Of a DNA stretch of 64,000 nt, positions 22,694 to 33,160 are shown in pieces. The DNA is from Cyanobacteria bacterium J06626_4 (GTDB lineage: Bacteria > Cyanobacteriota > Cyanobacteriia > Phormidesmidales > Phormidesmidaceae). The stretch covers positions 1 to 64,000 of the forward strand of contig JBCBJQ010000017.1 in the NCBI GenBank assembly GCA_038523235.1. Direction: 5' to 3'. The notes beneath the pieces were generated by a model. The model saw only the letters and a list, made by a program, of their open reading frames with translations, was not told where the DNA came from and made no database searches. A program made the translations under genes and the position numbers. The number at the start of each line of letters is the position of its first letter. Position 1 is the first letter of the stretch.

Positions 22694-23048
22694 AAAACCT
22701 CAGAAGCTATGTGCTGTGGATAGTGAGCATGGCCATTGGGGTGGTCAGCCGTCAAGCTGTGACTGCAGGGTGCTGGGTCGAATGGCCGCTCGCCTGGCGA
22801 GTCCGTACGGCTTCTCCTCACTATAGGGGCAAAGTTCTGACGGCGGGTGACGACAGGATGGCATCATACGGCAACTGTCAAACGACCTTGCCAGTCTTGC
22901 TATTCGCCTTGCGCCTTAGTGCCCCAGCCATTGGTCATCGTCGATAAATTGGCCGCAGTCGATCAGCCGTTGAGGGGCCGCTTGTCTAAATGCTGCCTGA
23001 TGGCATGGGGCCCCACCCGGTGAGCGATCGACCCATCACTACCCGTCA

Positions 23049-24778
23049 TCACGGCTCGGGAGGCAACTCTTCGATCGCGATCAAAATTAGGTCGTCATCA
23101 TGTTGCCGAGCCAAGGTACAGGCATTGAGCACCATGGTTTTTGGGCCAATGTGCTCAAAGTTATGAGTGACTTGAAAGTCAGTCAGTCGTTGCTGCTGCG
23201 GCAAAATCTCTTGGAGCAGCGATCGCAGCTGTGGACTATTCCACTGACCGTTGCCCAGTTCAAAAATTATCCGATTTTCTGTTTCATTCGGGTTGACCTG
23301 AAAGAGCTGATAAAACTGCTCATTTGCCGTCACGACCCGAAATTCGTGGGTCAGCACGACCAACGCCTCGCGCACGGTCTGCACAATGCCCTCGGCAAAA
23401 TCCCGCGCCGCCCGCAGCTGCTCGGTGTTGCGTTTGAGCCGATCAATATCGATCAAAACGACGACTGCGCCATCAATACGGTTGTCTAACGTGCGATAGG
23501 GGCGAATCTGCAGCTCGTACCACAGCTCATTTTGTCCTTGAATCTCTTGCGACGTTTGGGTGAGCGGATCAATCACCGCCAGAATCTGCTGCTCTAAATC
23601 AGCGATCGCCAGCCGATGATTGATGTCGCCTAGGGGCCGACCAATATCACTGGCAATTAGGTTAAAGAGCTGGGCTGCGGCTGGGGTAAAGCGGCGAATG
23701 CGTAAGTCGCTGCCCAGCATCAGAACCGGCACGTTGATGCTGTTGAGCAAATTTTGAAAGTTATCGGTAATGCGTGTGGCTTCGGCATTGCGGCGATATA
23801 ACTCATCGTTGATGGTGCCGAGCTCTTCATTGGTCGCCTGAATCTCTTCTTTGGCGGTCTGCAGTTCTTCATTGGTGCTCTGCAGCTCTTCGTTACTAGA
23901 GAGGATTTCTTCATTTGCTGCGCGTAAATCTTGATTGGCAAACTCCCGCTCGCGAATAATCGATTGCAAATGCGATCGCGTGGTTTCAAGATCCTGCTGC
24001 AGCCGTTCCATCTCTTGACGATACCGTTTGATTTCTGGCGGCTCAGCGACCCAATCATCGTCAGCGGGGATGAGAGCCGCCACTGGCGTTTCGAGCGCCA
24101 TGGCTTCAAACAGTACGAGATAAAAGGTGTCAGTGTTGTCGAGATTAAAGGGAATCACATCTAGCCGAACGCGCTGGCGATCGCCCGCCTGCAGGATCAC
24201 TGATTCGCGACTGGCGGGCTGACCGGACTGTTCTGCCTGATAGATCACCGTGCGGAGATCTAAGCGCAAAGGTTCTTTCGTCATGGTGAGCAGATTGAGA
24301 CTGGCCCGTCCCGGTTCCGGTTCTAAATAGATCCCGGTTTGGCCTTTAAACTGCACAATCTCTAACTTGGCATCGACGACCACCCCAGTCGGCTGATAGC
24401 GCTGCAAAATGGCTGCCGTGGTGGCCGCCTCTAGGTCAATATCTTGAGCAGCTCTGGCGGGTCGCACAAGGGGCGACGGCAATACTGGGCGTGTAGGGCT
24501 GCTTTGCTCAAACTCGAGCGGCAGCCGCAACGACAACGATTGTTTGGCATAGAGCTTGTGCTTACGGTTGACCAGCGAAAATAAATCACTGGAGTCTCCC
24601 ACCGTTTCGGATGATCCCAGTATCAAAAAGCCATCGGGTCTTAGGCCGTAGTGAAACATCGGCAAAACCTTTGCCTGCAGGGCTGACCCAAAGTAAATCA
24701 ACACGTTGCGGCAGCTCACGAGATCGAGCTGAGAAAAGGGCGGATCGCTGGTTAAATTTTGGCGGGCAAAAATGTATA
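23049..24778 (-). pseudogene. CheB-CheR-PAS fusion, C-terminal part (end of CheR, PAS, coiled coil, PAS)
   Basis: IFARQNLTSDPPFSQLDLVSCRNVLIYF, ANEEILSSNEELQSTNEELQTAKEE, LRIRRFTP; separated from its 5' part by the IS. Confidence 0.9.
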
Positions 24779-26085
24779 GGGAAGCGCAAATAAATAAGGT
24801 CCCAGTTAATTGGGGACAATCGTGATGTCCCACTTCGGTAAATGCTCAGAGCGTTGCCACTGCTGTTCATAAGCTTTTAGCTCCTCTTTCGGCACCGTTA
24901 TCTGCTTCTGGTAGACCCCGTCCACTAACTGGACCAAGGGCTTGAGTCCATTCCAAGTCATGTTGCTCGCCCACTGCAATGCGGCCTCGACAGTGGTGAG
25001 CAAAGCGCCATTCCAATAGTTTTCTAGAGCCGCCCAACAGCGTTCAATCGGATTGTATTTGCTGTGATAAGGCGGATAGTAAATGAGATGGACTTTCAGC
25101 CCTGTGGTTTGACAGAACTGCGCCATGCGCTTGATGAACTGGGTGTGATTACTTCTGATGGCGGAACCGCCATCCAAGTCGATAGCGAGTTCCTCCACCT
25201 CGGGATAGTCCTGCCGATGCGCTTGCCACCAGGCGAGCAGACAATCCACGATAAAGTCGCTGGTTTCGGCGGACTGTCCAAAGTAGAGCCACAATTGGCT
25301 CCCGAGCACATCGAGAATGCCAAAGGGCACGAAGACTGAGTGCCAGTGGTCATCATGGTCGTCCGCTTGGTGAGCGTTGAGCCGACGTGCTTTCCCCCCT
25401 TTCGAGAGATTCCCAATTTTGACTTTGGCTTTGCTGTCAATGGATAGTCTGAGCATCTTCGGGTTGCGGTCGGCGGCTTGGTGGGCGCTCGCCACGTGGG
25501 CAAAAATGGCGTCCGTCTCCGGCAGCTTCTTCTGAGGCTTTACTTTTTGGGTTTTTTTAGCCGATAGCCGAGGCGATTCAGAATACTGCCCATCGTCTGA
25601 CGGCAGGGTAAGTCCGAGGCCGCATAGCCTTTGTCGGTGACTAAGGCTTCTAAGACGGCTGCAGCCGTCACTTTGGTGTATCGAAACGGCGTCTTCAGTT
25701 GCGGGTCGGCGTGACACTGCTCGGCCAGCAGTTCGTGAATATCGGCGGCCAATCTCGGCAGCTTGTCTTCCGTCTTTTTAGCGCCTCTTGCGGAGTAGTT
25801 GTCGAAGCAGACCCGGCCAGTGCGACGCTCATGCAGGCCCAGTTGCACCGCTTGGCGTTTCCAGCCTAGGTAGGTTTCAGCTTTGCGCGCCGAGCCCTCA
25901 AAGTAGTCTTCCGTCGCTTTGGCCATAAAGGCTCGCTTCTTCGAGCCAGTCAGTTTCTTCGCGGCGTCCTTCAATGTTGACTGGACTTTCTCATCCAGGG
26001 TCACCCCCATTCGCATGGCCCAGCCTCTTGAATGCTAACCAATAGCCTCTTATATTAACTGGTACTTTATCTGTGAGCGCCTCCC
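24779..26085 (-). mobile_element. ISAzo13-family insertion sequence, 1307 bp
   Basis: 32-bp imperfect IRs GGGAAGCGCAAATAAATAAGGTCCCAGTTAAT (24779-24810) and GGGAGGCGCTCACAGATAAAGTACCAGTTAAT (minus strand, 26054-26085), 25/32 identical; ATA duplicated at 24776-24778 and 26086-26088. Confidence 0.92.
24806..26016 (-). CDS. ISAzo13-family DDE transposase in two overlapping frames (-1 frameshift at A7)
   Basis: orfA 25540-26016 ends LNRLGYRLKK; orfB continues KKTQKVKPQKKLPETDAIF with RLSIDSKAKVKIG, IDLDGG and YYPPYHSKYNPIERCW. Confidence 0.88.
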
Positions 26086-27334
26086 ATAGCTCGCGCACGG
26101 TGGAGTTGACCTGATACCCCTGTTCGACGGCGACAAAAAAGCGCTGTAACCGGTCGGGAGCGACATCGGCAATCTGCGCCTCGCGATAAATGCCCCGGCG
26201 AGCCGTCTCGACCGCCGCTTCGCTGATATCTGTCGCAAAAATTTGGCTGGGCTGATTAAAGGTCTGATCGGCCAAATACTCTAACCAGCAAATCGCGATG
26301 GAATAGGCTTCTTCACCGGTGGAACAACCGGCCACCCAAATGCGAATGGGGTCGTGGCGATCGCGACCCCGCAGCAAGGCGGGAAACACCTCTGTCTTTA
26401 AGGCTTCAAAGGCTTCGGTATCGCGAAAAAAGCTCGTTACATTAATCAAGATCTCCTGATGGAGCGCTTCGAGTTCGGTCGGTTGCGCCTGCAAATAGCG
26501 CTGATATTTGGCTAAGCTCTCTAAGCTATGCAGCGCCATGCGTCGCGCCATGCGCCGTTGGAGCATTGTGGGTTTGTACTGGGAGAAATCGACCCGAGTT
26601 TTCGACCGGAGCAAATTAAGAATTGCCGTAAAGGTATCTTGCTCAGCGGTATCGGTCACCACGATATCGCTCAAATTAGCCCCGTTCAGATAGGGATGGC
26701 TGCCAATCTCGGCTAGCGTCTGTGCCATCTCCGCCGGTGCCAAGACAAAATCGACCTGGCTGGTCGCGATCGCCCGGTGGGGCATACTACCGCTTTGCGC
26801 TGAGGCGGCTGTTTGGGCTATGGTGATGCCGCCAGCAGCCTTAATCGCTTCGATGCCTAAGGTGCCATCGTCCCCATTCCCTGACAGCACAATCGCGATC
26901 GCCTGATTACCCCGTTCTTGAGCGAGCGATTCAAAGAAGATGTCGACAACTCGATTGATCACCTCATTGGAGTGGCGGGTCCGCAGCCGCAAAGCCCCCG
27001 CCGCGATCGTCATCACCTGATTGGGCGGAATCACATAGACCTGATTGGGCGCTACCGCGAGACCGTCAGCCCCCACGCTGAACGGCATCGGAGTTGCCCG
27101 CGCCATAATCTCACTCAGGGCACTGGGCTGATTGGGGTCTAAGTGCTGAATCAGCACAAAGGCCATGACCGTATCAATCGGCAGGTGACTGAGCAACTCC
27201 GTAAAGGCTTCCAATCCACCGGCAGAAGCGCCCACCCCCACGACTGGAAATGACTGTTCAGAATGAGGTTGAGGGCGTACTAACCATCGGTGACCCAGAC
27301 GTGAGCGTAGAGAACGGTTCAACCGCGTCAGCAT
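26086..27334 (-). pseudogene. CheB-CheR-PAS fusion, N-terminal part (CheB methylesterase plus most of CheR)
   Basis: VGVGASAGGLEA, LIQHL, VLSGNGDDG (CheB Ser/His/Asp); INVTSFFRD, RIWVAGCSTGEEAYS, IFATDI (CheR); start uncertain. Confidence 0.9.
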
Positions 27335-27431
27335 GCTGCAGCACCCTCAATATTGGCTTCTCCTATCAGGCAGATCTCTGGCCCAACCTGAGTCCAGAGG
27401 CTAGCGTTGGCGCAGCGCGATCGCGATCAAT

Positions 27432-27471
27432 AAAAAAGCGAGGCAGACTAACGCTACCTCGCTCATTTTTT
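27432..27471. terminator. Probable intrinsic terminator
   Basis: AAAAAAGCGAGG...CCTCGCTCATTTTTT stem with A/T tails, downstream of the 27499-27891 gene. Confidence 0.55.
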
Positions 27472-27498
27472 CATCGATTTTCCGGGCGGCTCTAATCT

Positions 27499-27891
27499 CT
27501 ACCGTTTTTTAATGTCCTTTGCCATGTTACGGAACATATCCATACTGGTGTCAGTGTTAGCAGTTCGACGGGGCGCTTCAGACTTGCTTGCTTGAGGGGT
27601 GGACTGAAAAGATGAAGACGATGAGGCAGCTTTCTTGGGCTGGTTCGCAAGCCCTTTTTCGTCCAATTCGCTCATTTCCATCGCCGAAATTTGCCGAACA
27701 GATTCCATCTCTTCAGCACCGCGTTTGCGGGCAAAGGTGCGCTTAACCACTTTATTCGAGCGCATGTAGTCGATATCGCCAAACGTTTTAGCGTCATCTT
27801 CGTTTAAGAAAAAAGCACCCGTTTGCTTGGGTTGGGCAGCGCGAGTCTGCTGATTTTTGCGGCCAAATAAGCCTCGAATAAAGCCAGTCAT
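27499..27891 (-). CDS. Conserved cyanobacterial hypothetical protein
   Basis: FFLNEDDAKTFGDIDYMR...MDMFRNMAKDIKK. Confidence 0.75.
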   Translation of the reverse strand: MTGFIRGLFGRKNQQTRAAQPKQTGAFFLNEDDAKTFGDIDYMRSNKVVKRTFARKRGAEEMESVRQISAMEMSELDEKGLANQPKKAASSSSSFQSTPQASKSEAPRRTANTDTSMDMFRNMAKDIKKR

Positions 27892-28111
27892 GAACCTTTC
27901 CTACGTCTATGAGCGTCGCTTTACTTATCGTAACGTTAAAGCCTGGCTTATGAAAGTTTTTCTTTCAGCGATCGCAAATTAAATTGGCTTATTTTGACAA
28001 CCGTTATGAGTTTTACCATTCGACCCCGCAGCAGGGACTCTAGCCAATTCTCTCGGCTTGCGGTCACAATACCAGAGGGGCGTTTGCCGCTCCTAAAACC
28101 GTCGTTGGGTT

Positions 28112-29617
28112 GTGCTCATGATGGAATGCATGGTCTGCTTGCTCTTTCATATTCGGGCCAACTGGGCCTGGCATTTGCTGACGGCACCTGACACCTTTGG
28201 CAGCATTGCCTACGAATATGAGAAAAATTCCTATCCTCGTGCCTTGGCCGATGTGTGGGTCGGTAATGCCCAAGCCGAGGAAGCGCTGGCCTTTTTGCAG
28301 CAGCCTGATCCCGAAGCTGCCGAAACCTTCGAGATTGATCTCTATTCGAGCTTTGTGCTTAAGGGCCAAATTAGAAAGTATTTTGCCTTTGGCGATCAGT
28401 TAGATGCTGACTATCGCGATCGCATGTATCGCGCGATGGATTGGCTGACTCGCACTGACCCGCTGACCCAAATTGCCAACCCACCGCGCAAATTTTGGTC
28501 GAATTCTCAAGACGACTGCACGACGCTGGTCGACTGCCGCAACACCGATAATCTGCGCGCCATGCGAGAAACTTCGGTCTATCTGATGGCGGAGGAAACC
28601 GGCAACGAAGCCACTCGCCAGATTTACAAAGCTCATCTGCAGCGCTATGTCTCCACCCTGCTCGATATTGGCATGGGCGAGTGGGATAGCTCGATCTACC
28701 ACGGTCATACCACAGCGGCCTATCTCAATCTCTATGACTTTGCTGTCGATCCAGAGGTCAAGCAACTGGCTGCAGACGCGCTCGACTGGCTCTTTTTTAC
28801 GGCGGCCTTGAAATACTGGCGGGGCAGCTGGACGTTTCCGGCTAAACGGGTGGATAGTGATAGCGCCGCTCACTTTTTCTGGCTGTATTTTGGTCAGGGG
28901 CCGCCCCCCGAAACCTTAGAAAATGACTGGCTGTATGCCCTCACCAGCGACTATCGTCCTCCTGCGTCGGTGTTGCAGCTAGCGCATCGAGCGTTTGCTC
29001 GTCCCTTAGAAGTTCGCCGCACTCACCCTCACTATGAGAACTGGTTGCCGGGTCTCTACGGCCCCGCCTTTTATGAAACGCTCTACCTCGGCCGCACCTA
29101 TCAGCTCGGTAGTCTGGCGCGGGGTACTGGCGGCGACTGGCAAGGCTTCGGCTTAGCTGTCGCTGCGGGCTCTAGTATCGATGAGTTGCAGCTCGAAGCC
29201 GCGGGCCCTCACACCATCGCTCAGTACGAAAATCTGCTGATTTGGCAAGGTGCTGCGTCGCCCGAGCTGACGTTGCCAGTGGGGCGCGTGGATACTGAGT
29301 CAGCAGTCACCTTTGTTGAAACGGAACAAACCTGGCTAGCCCTGCATCCCTTAGCAACTGGGTTTGTTCTAGAAGTGGGGGAATCAGCCACCCACGGCGA
29401 CTTTGTGGACTTTCGGCAGCAGGTTTTGGCGCGATCGCGCCTTACCGTAACGGATGACCGGGTGGAATATCAGGGCTCCCAAGGTAAAACCCTGGCGCTG
29501 CAGCCCCGAGGAGAGGATTTACCGCAGGTCTGGCGTGATGGACAGCCCCATGACTGGGCTGCTCATCCTGATATGACTGACCTGTTATCGGTCCTTGAGG
29601 GGACCATCCCCCAATGA
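28112..29617 (+). CDS. Hypothetical protein (possible alpha/alpha-barrel lyase-like fold)
   Basis: 501-aa ORF with host-like codon usage; NTDNLRAM, GMGEWDSSIYHGH...LNLYDFA; start uncertain. Confidence 0.65.
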   Translation: MLMMECMVCLLFHIRANWAWHLLTAPDTFGSIAYEYEKNSYPRALADVWVGNAQAEEALAFLQQPDPEAAETFEIDLYSSFVLKGQIRKYFAFGDQLDADYRDRMYRAMDWLTRTDPLTQIANPPRKFWSNSQDDCTTLVDCRNTDNLRAMRETSVYLMAEETGNEATRQIYKAHLQRYVSTLLDIGMGEWDSSIYHGHTTAAYLNLYDFAVDPEVKQLAADALDWLFFTAALKYWRGSWTFPAKRVDSDSAAHFFWLYFGQGPPPETLENDWLYALTSDYRPPASVLQLAHRAFARPLEVRRTHPHYENWLPGLYGPAFYETLYLGRTYQLGSLARGTGGDWQGFGLAVAAGSSIDELQLEAAGPHTIAQYENLLIWQGAASPELTLPVGRVDTESAVTFVETEQTWLALHPLATGFVLEVGESATHGDFVDFRQQVLARSRLTVTDDRVEYQGSQGKTLALQPRGEDLPQVWRDGQPHDWAAHPDMTDLLSVLEGTIPQ

Positions 29618-29655
29618 CTGCAGGGGTTTTGCCATCAAACCTGACAGCCTCGCAG

Positions 29656-30441
29656 TTAGACGGATTTTGCCCGTAAGAGGGCCTGGACCAGCTCTTGAAA
29701 TCCCTCGACTTCGGCACCCGCGGTGATGAACTGGGGCTGATGCCGCAGGCGATCGCAGTAGTGTTGCACGTTGGCAACGCCAACGGATACAGGAAACCGT
29801 TCCGTCTCGAAAAGGCCTTCATCATTGGGACTATCGCCCACCGTTACGACCTGATTGGCAGTAATTTTCGGAAACTGCTGCTGCCATACTCGCTGCAGCG
29901 CGATGCCTTTATCTTGCGCTGCCAAGCGAATATGGCACTGCACCGTACTGTAGGTAAACCCCCAGCCAGCTGCCTGGCAGGTCTGGTTAATCCTGGTCAG
30001 ATCAGCGGGTGTCAGCTGACCAATATCAAAGGTCCAGTCGGTGAGGCGAAACTGGTTGTCGGCAGAGGGCTGCAAATCGGGAAAGGTGGCTTGGAGCTGA
30101 GCAAAGATGTGCGCCAGGCGATCGCGATGTGGGGCGATCTCTGGAATGTCCATCAGCGTTACTGGCTCCCCTGTGTCAGCCGGAATCCAGACACCGCCAT
30201 TTTCTGCGATTGCCCCAACCACTGGCAGATAGGCCGCGATGCCCTGCACCCAGCCTGCAGAGCGTCCCGTCACAATGACTGTGGGAATCTCAGATGCGGC
30301 CAACTGGGTGAGCGATCGCAAAAGCTCCGGGGTGAATTTTCCAGCCTGAGTCAGCGTGCCATCCATATCAGTCGCCACTAACCGAATAGCCGTGAAGGCG
30401 GCGGGCGAAGATTCTTGCAGCGGCACCGGAGATTTTTCCAT
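29656..30441 (-). CDS. HAD-superfamily hydrolase, subfamily IIB
   Basis: LVATDMDGTLT, IVTGRS, AENGG, DKG, VGDSPND. Confidence 0.88.
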   Translation of the reverse strand: MEKSPVPLQESSPAAFTAIRLVATDMDGTLTQAGKFTPELLRSLTQLAASEIPTVIVTGRSAGWVQGIAAYLPVVGAIAENGGVWIPADTGEPVTLMDIPEIAPHRDRLAHIFAQLQATFPDLQPSADNQFRLTDWTFDIGQLTPADLTRINQTCQAAGWGFTYSTVQCHIRLAAQDKGIALQRVWQQQFPKITANQVVTVGDSPNDEGLFETERFPVSVGVANVQHYCDRLRHQPQFITAGAEVEGFQELVQALLRAKSV

Positions 30442-30482
30442 AAACGTCCTACACTTTGGGGATATTGACAGGATTCAGGGCT

Positions 30483-32144
30483 ATGGCACAGCGTTCTCCC
30501 GATCAGCGTAATGATTACTATCTGATTGAAGCGGCTCGCTCCGGTATTCATAAATCCGTCTTGGCGGCACTGTATGCCACCCAAGGGACTCCTCCCCTAA
30601 CCGATGGCGAAACCGGTTTAGGCATTGCCCCTGCTAACCGCATTCCCCCCGATCAGGTCAATACGTTTCCCGAACAGGTGCAGTATGCCGCCAATACCGT
30701 TCGCAGCCTCACCAACCAGCTTATCGCTGAGGGTTGGCAAGGCAAAGATCTCTGGGATGTCACTGCGGGACGGTATAGCGATCGCTTTTTGCAAGCCGTC
30801 GCTGAAGGCTACAGTCCGCCCGTCACCGACGCCGCGGCAGCGCGGCTAGAGCCCGTCGATGATCAAGCCCTGATCAAGGCTTACTTAGCCGATCTCGCCA
30901 TCGCTTACAGTGCTGAGCAACTGCCCAAAAACCTGGCATCCGTCGATCAGGCCCTCTTAGCCTTTGTCGAACGCATTCCTGAAAACTATAGTCGTCTTAC
31001 CTTTCAGCGCGAGGCCCTGCTCGAAGCCGTGCGGCTTTGGCGCAAACTTGATACCCATGCAGCGGCGATTGCTACCCTGGTCGAGGTGGATGATACCGGC
31101 AATCTCGACGAAGTCCAGTTAGATCAGGCTTTAGTGGATTTTATCTCGCAGGCCGATCGCTATTTCTCTGGCTATCCCAATCAGCGTGAGGCCTTCATTC
31201 GCTTAGTGCAGCTGTGGCGCGAACTTGACTCTCGTGAGGCAGCCATTCGAGCGCTGGCTGCCACCGATCCCTTCAGCAGCGAAACCAACATTGAAATCAT
31301 CGATCCGGCCCTGATTGCGTTTGTCCAGCGTCTTCCTGAGCGCTATCGCGGCCAGGGTGACCAACGCTTTTCTCTGACTGAGGGCTATCGCCTGTGGCAA
31401 GGGCTCGACTCACGCACTACGGCCATTCAAGCGCTCGGGCTCGATCCGCAAGTTTTGGTTAACAGTGCCCAAGATCCGCAAGCCATGGCCGCTGCTGCCA
31501 CCCAAATCGACCAAGCGCTGCTGACTTTTTGGGCCACCGTACCCACCACTTACACTGGCGATGCGGATCAAAGAGAAGCCCTGATTCGGCTGGTGACCCT
31601 TTGGCGGCGGTTAGAGGGCCGCATTCCGAGCGTGCAATCGCTATTAGCCGACGTGCGCCGGATGGAACGGGCCAACCGCAATGCGGTGGAAGCGATGCCT
31701 CCCCCCGTTCCTGCGATGCCACCAGCGCGTCCTCAGCGCTGGACACCAAGCAATCTGCAGCTGGCCGCCTCGATTTTGCCCAGCGGCAACTTCACCTGGG
31801 CTGAGGCGACTCGTGGCGGTGCCCGTCTACCGCCCGATCAGGCGACGGTCAACGGTATTGTGAGAATCGCTACCCTGGCTCAAGAGGCCCGCGATCGCAT
31901 TGGTCGGCCTTTCTTCATCACCAGTTGGTATCGGCCACCGGCGGCCAATGCGGCAGCGGGTGGGGCTTCAATGAGTCGACACCTGCTCGGGGATGCGATC
32001 GACTTCTACTGTGATGGGCTCACCGGTCGGCAACTGTATTGGGCGTTAGATCCGTGGTGGCCGGGCGGCCTTGGACGCTACACGCAATTTCCCTACATCT
32101 GTCATTTAGATGCCAGGGGCACGCGTTCTCGGTGGACGCACTGA
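30483..32144 (+). CDS. Peptidase M15A (D-Ala-D-Ala carboxypeptidase family) with internal helical repeats
   Basis: C-terminal NFTWAEAT, ITSWYR, GGASMSRHLLGDAIDF, CHLDARG; start taken at MAQRSP. Confidence 0.85.
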   Translation: MAQRSPDQRNDYYLIEAARSGIHKSVLAALYATQGTPPLTDGETGLGIAPANRIPPDQVNTFPEQVQYAANTVRSLTNQLIAEGWQGKDLWDVTAGRYSDRFLQAVAEGYSPPVTDAAAARLEPVDDQALIKAYLADLAIAYSAEQLPKNLASVDQALLAFVERIPENYSRLTFQREALLEAVRLWRKLDTHAAAIATLVEVDDTGNLDEVQLDQALVDFISQADRYFSGYPNQREAFIRLVQLWRELDSREAAIRALAATDPFSSETNIEIIDPALIAFVQRLPERYRGQGDQRFSLTEGYRLWQGLDSRTTAIQALGLDPQVLVNSAQDPQAMAAAATQIDQALLTFWATVPTTYTGDADQREALIRLVTLWRRLEGRIPSVQSLLADVRRMERANRNAVEAMPPPVPAMPPARPQRWTPSNLQLAASILPSGNFTWAEATRGGARLPPDQATVNGIVRIATLAQEARDRIGRPFFITSWYRPPAANAAAGGASMSRHLLGDAIDFYCDGLTGRQLYWALDPWWPGGLGRYTQFPYICHLDARGTRSRWTH

Positions 32145-32284
32145 ACCTCCGTGCCTGATGATCCGACTAAGACTGGTTTCGGGCAACTTGTATATAGAAG
32201 AGTTGATTTGTCCCTTGCCGGGATAATTTATTTAGAACGCTCGTAGGGCATCTTACCAGTCGAGTTGATCAGTCCCTTTTAGCC

Positions 32285-33043
32285 ATGAAATTTTCTCCTG
32301 TTCAGACCCGTCTAATTATCGCTCAAGCGCCAGCTCCTGAGCCTCCTCCAGCTGTTAGCAACAGCCTGAATATGTGGATGGTGACCTCTGGCGTCCTCTT
32401 TGTTTTGCTGCTCGCTGTCAGTATCGTGACGCAAGTTCAAAACAACCAGATGCGCAAGAAGCTGAAGTTTGCCGAGTACAAAAACAGCGAACTGCAAAAG
32501 CGGGTCAAGATGGCTACCGGCACCATCAGCAAAATGGAGAAAAATCCCGATCTGATTCACTCGCGGGAATTCAACCTTGATTATTTGCGGTTGCGGATGG
32601 AAGAGGAAATGTTCCACTTTCAAATTGTGAATCAGCTCAAAATCAAGGTCAAACAAGAACTCGCAGTCGCGCTGCGATCGCGCCCGGCTGACTCGGGCAT
32701 GGTAGGCATTGCAGCGAAAGCCCGGCAAATCGACCAGATTTTTGATGTGGTCTACAAAACCAGCGAAGCGTTGGGATCGAAAACACGCATTTTGTTTCGG
32801 ATTGAAATTAAGCTGGCTAAATTACCGACGCAATCCACTTCCAGCACGATCAATCAAATCATTGACTGCATTGAGACCTTTCTCAGCCCAGAAGCTGAAG
32901 GCGGCAGCTGGCAGCCTACTATTCAAGGGCGCTTGGCCAACATGCATTGGGATCAAAAAGCGAAGCCCACACCGCTGCTGATTTTGGCCCAGTCAGAAGA
33001 AGGCGTCAACGTCACGATGCGCAGCACCTATAAACCCGCGTAA
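32285..33043 (+). CDS. Conserved hypothetical protein with N-terminal TM anchor
   Basis: Single hydrophobic helix, coiled coil, NPDLIHSREFNLDYLR. Confidence 0.7.
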   Translation: MKFSPVQTRLIIAQAPAPEPPPAVSNSLNMWMVTSGVLFVLLLAVSIVTQVQNNQMRKKLKFAEYKNSELQKRVKMATGTISKMEKNPDLIHSREFNLDYLRLRMEEEMFHFQIVNQLKIKVKQELAVALRSRPADSGMVGIAAKARQIDQIFDVVYKTSEALGSKTRILFRIEIKLAKLPTQSTSSTINQIIDCIETFLSPEAEGGSWQPTIQGRLANMHWDQKAKPTPLLILAQSEEGVNVTMRSTYKPA

Positions 33044-33160
33044 ACCTGACTAGCTGTGGTTCTCTGATCGCGATTGCAGCTATCGTGGCGGTTTTGCTGA
33101 CCCTTCACAAAACTGATGGGCCTGTCTATGATGACTGCTTGAGCAGGCATAGGTAACACC

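Noticed and set aside
25991..26085. C-terminal tail WEALTDKVPV... of the 447-aa ORF and N-terminal MGHHDCPQL... of the 594-aa ORF as real protein
   Set aside because: Both are read-through into IS sequence, not part of the original gene.
29695..30381. Long antisense or shadow ORFs (also 40651-41403, 13015-13521, 36947-37486, 17320-17760 and others)
   Set aside because: They overlap confidently identified genes on the opposite strand or another frame and show no motifs.
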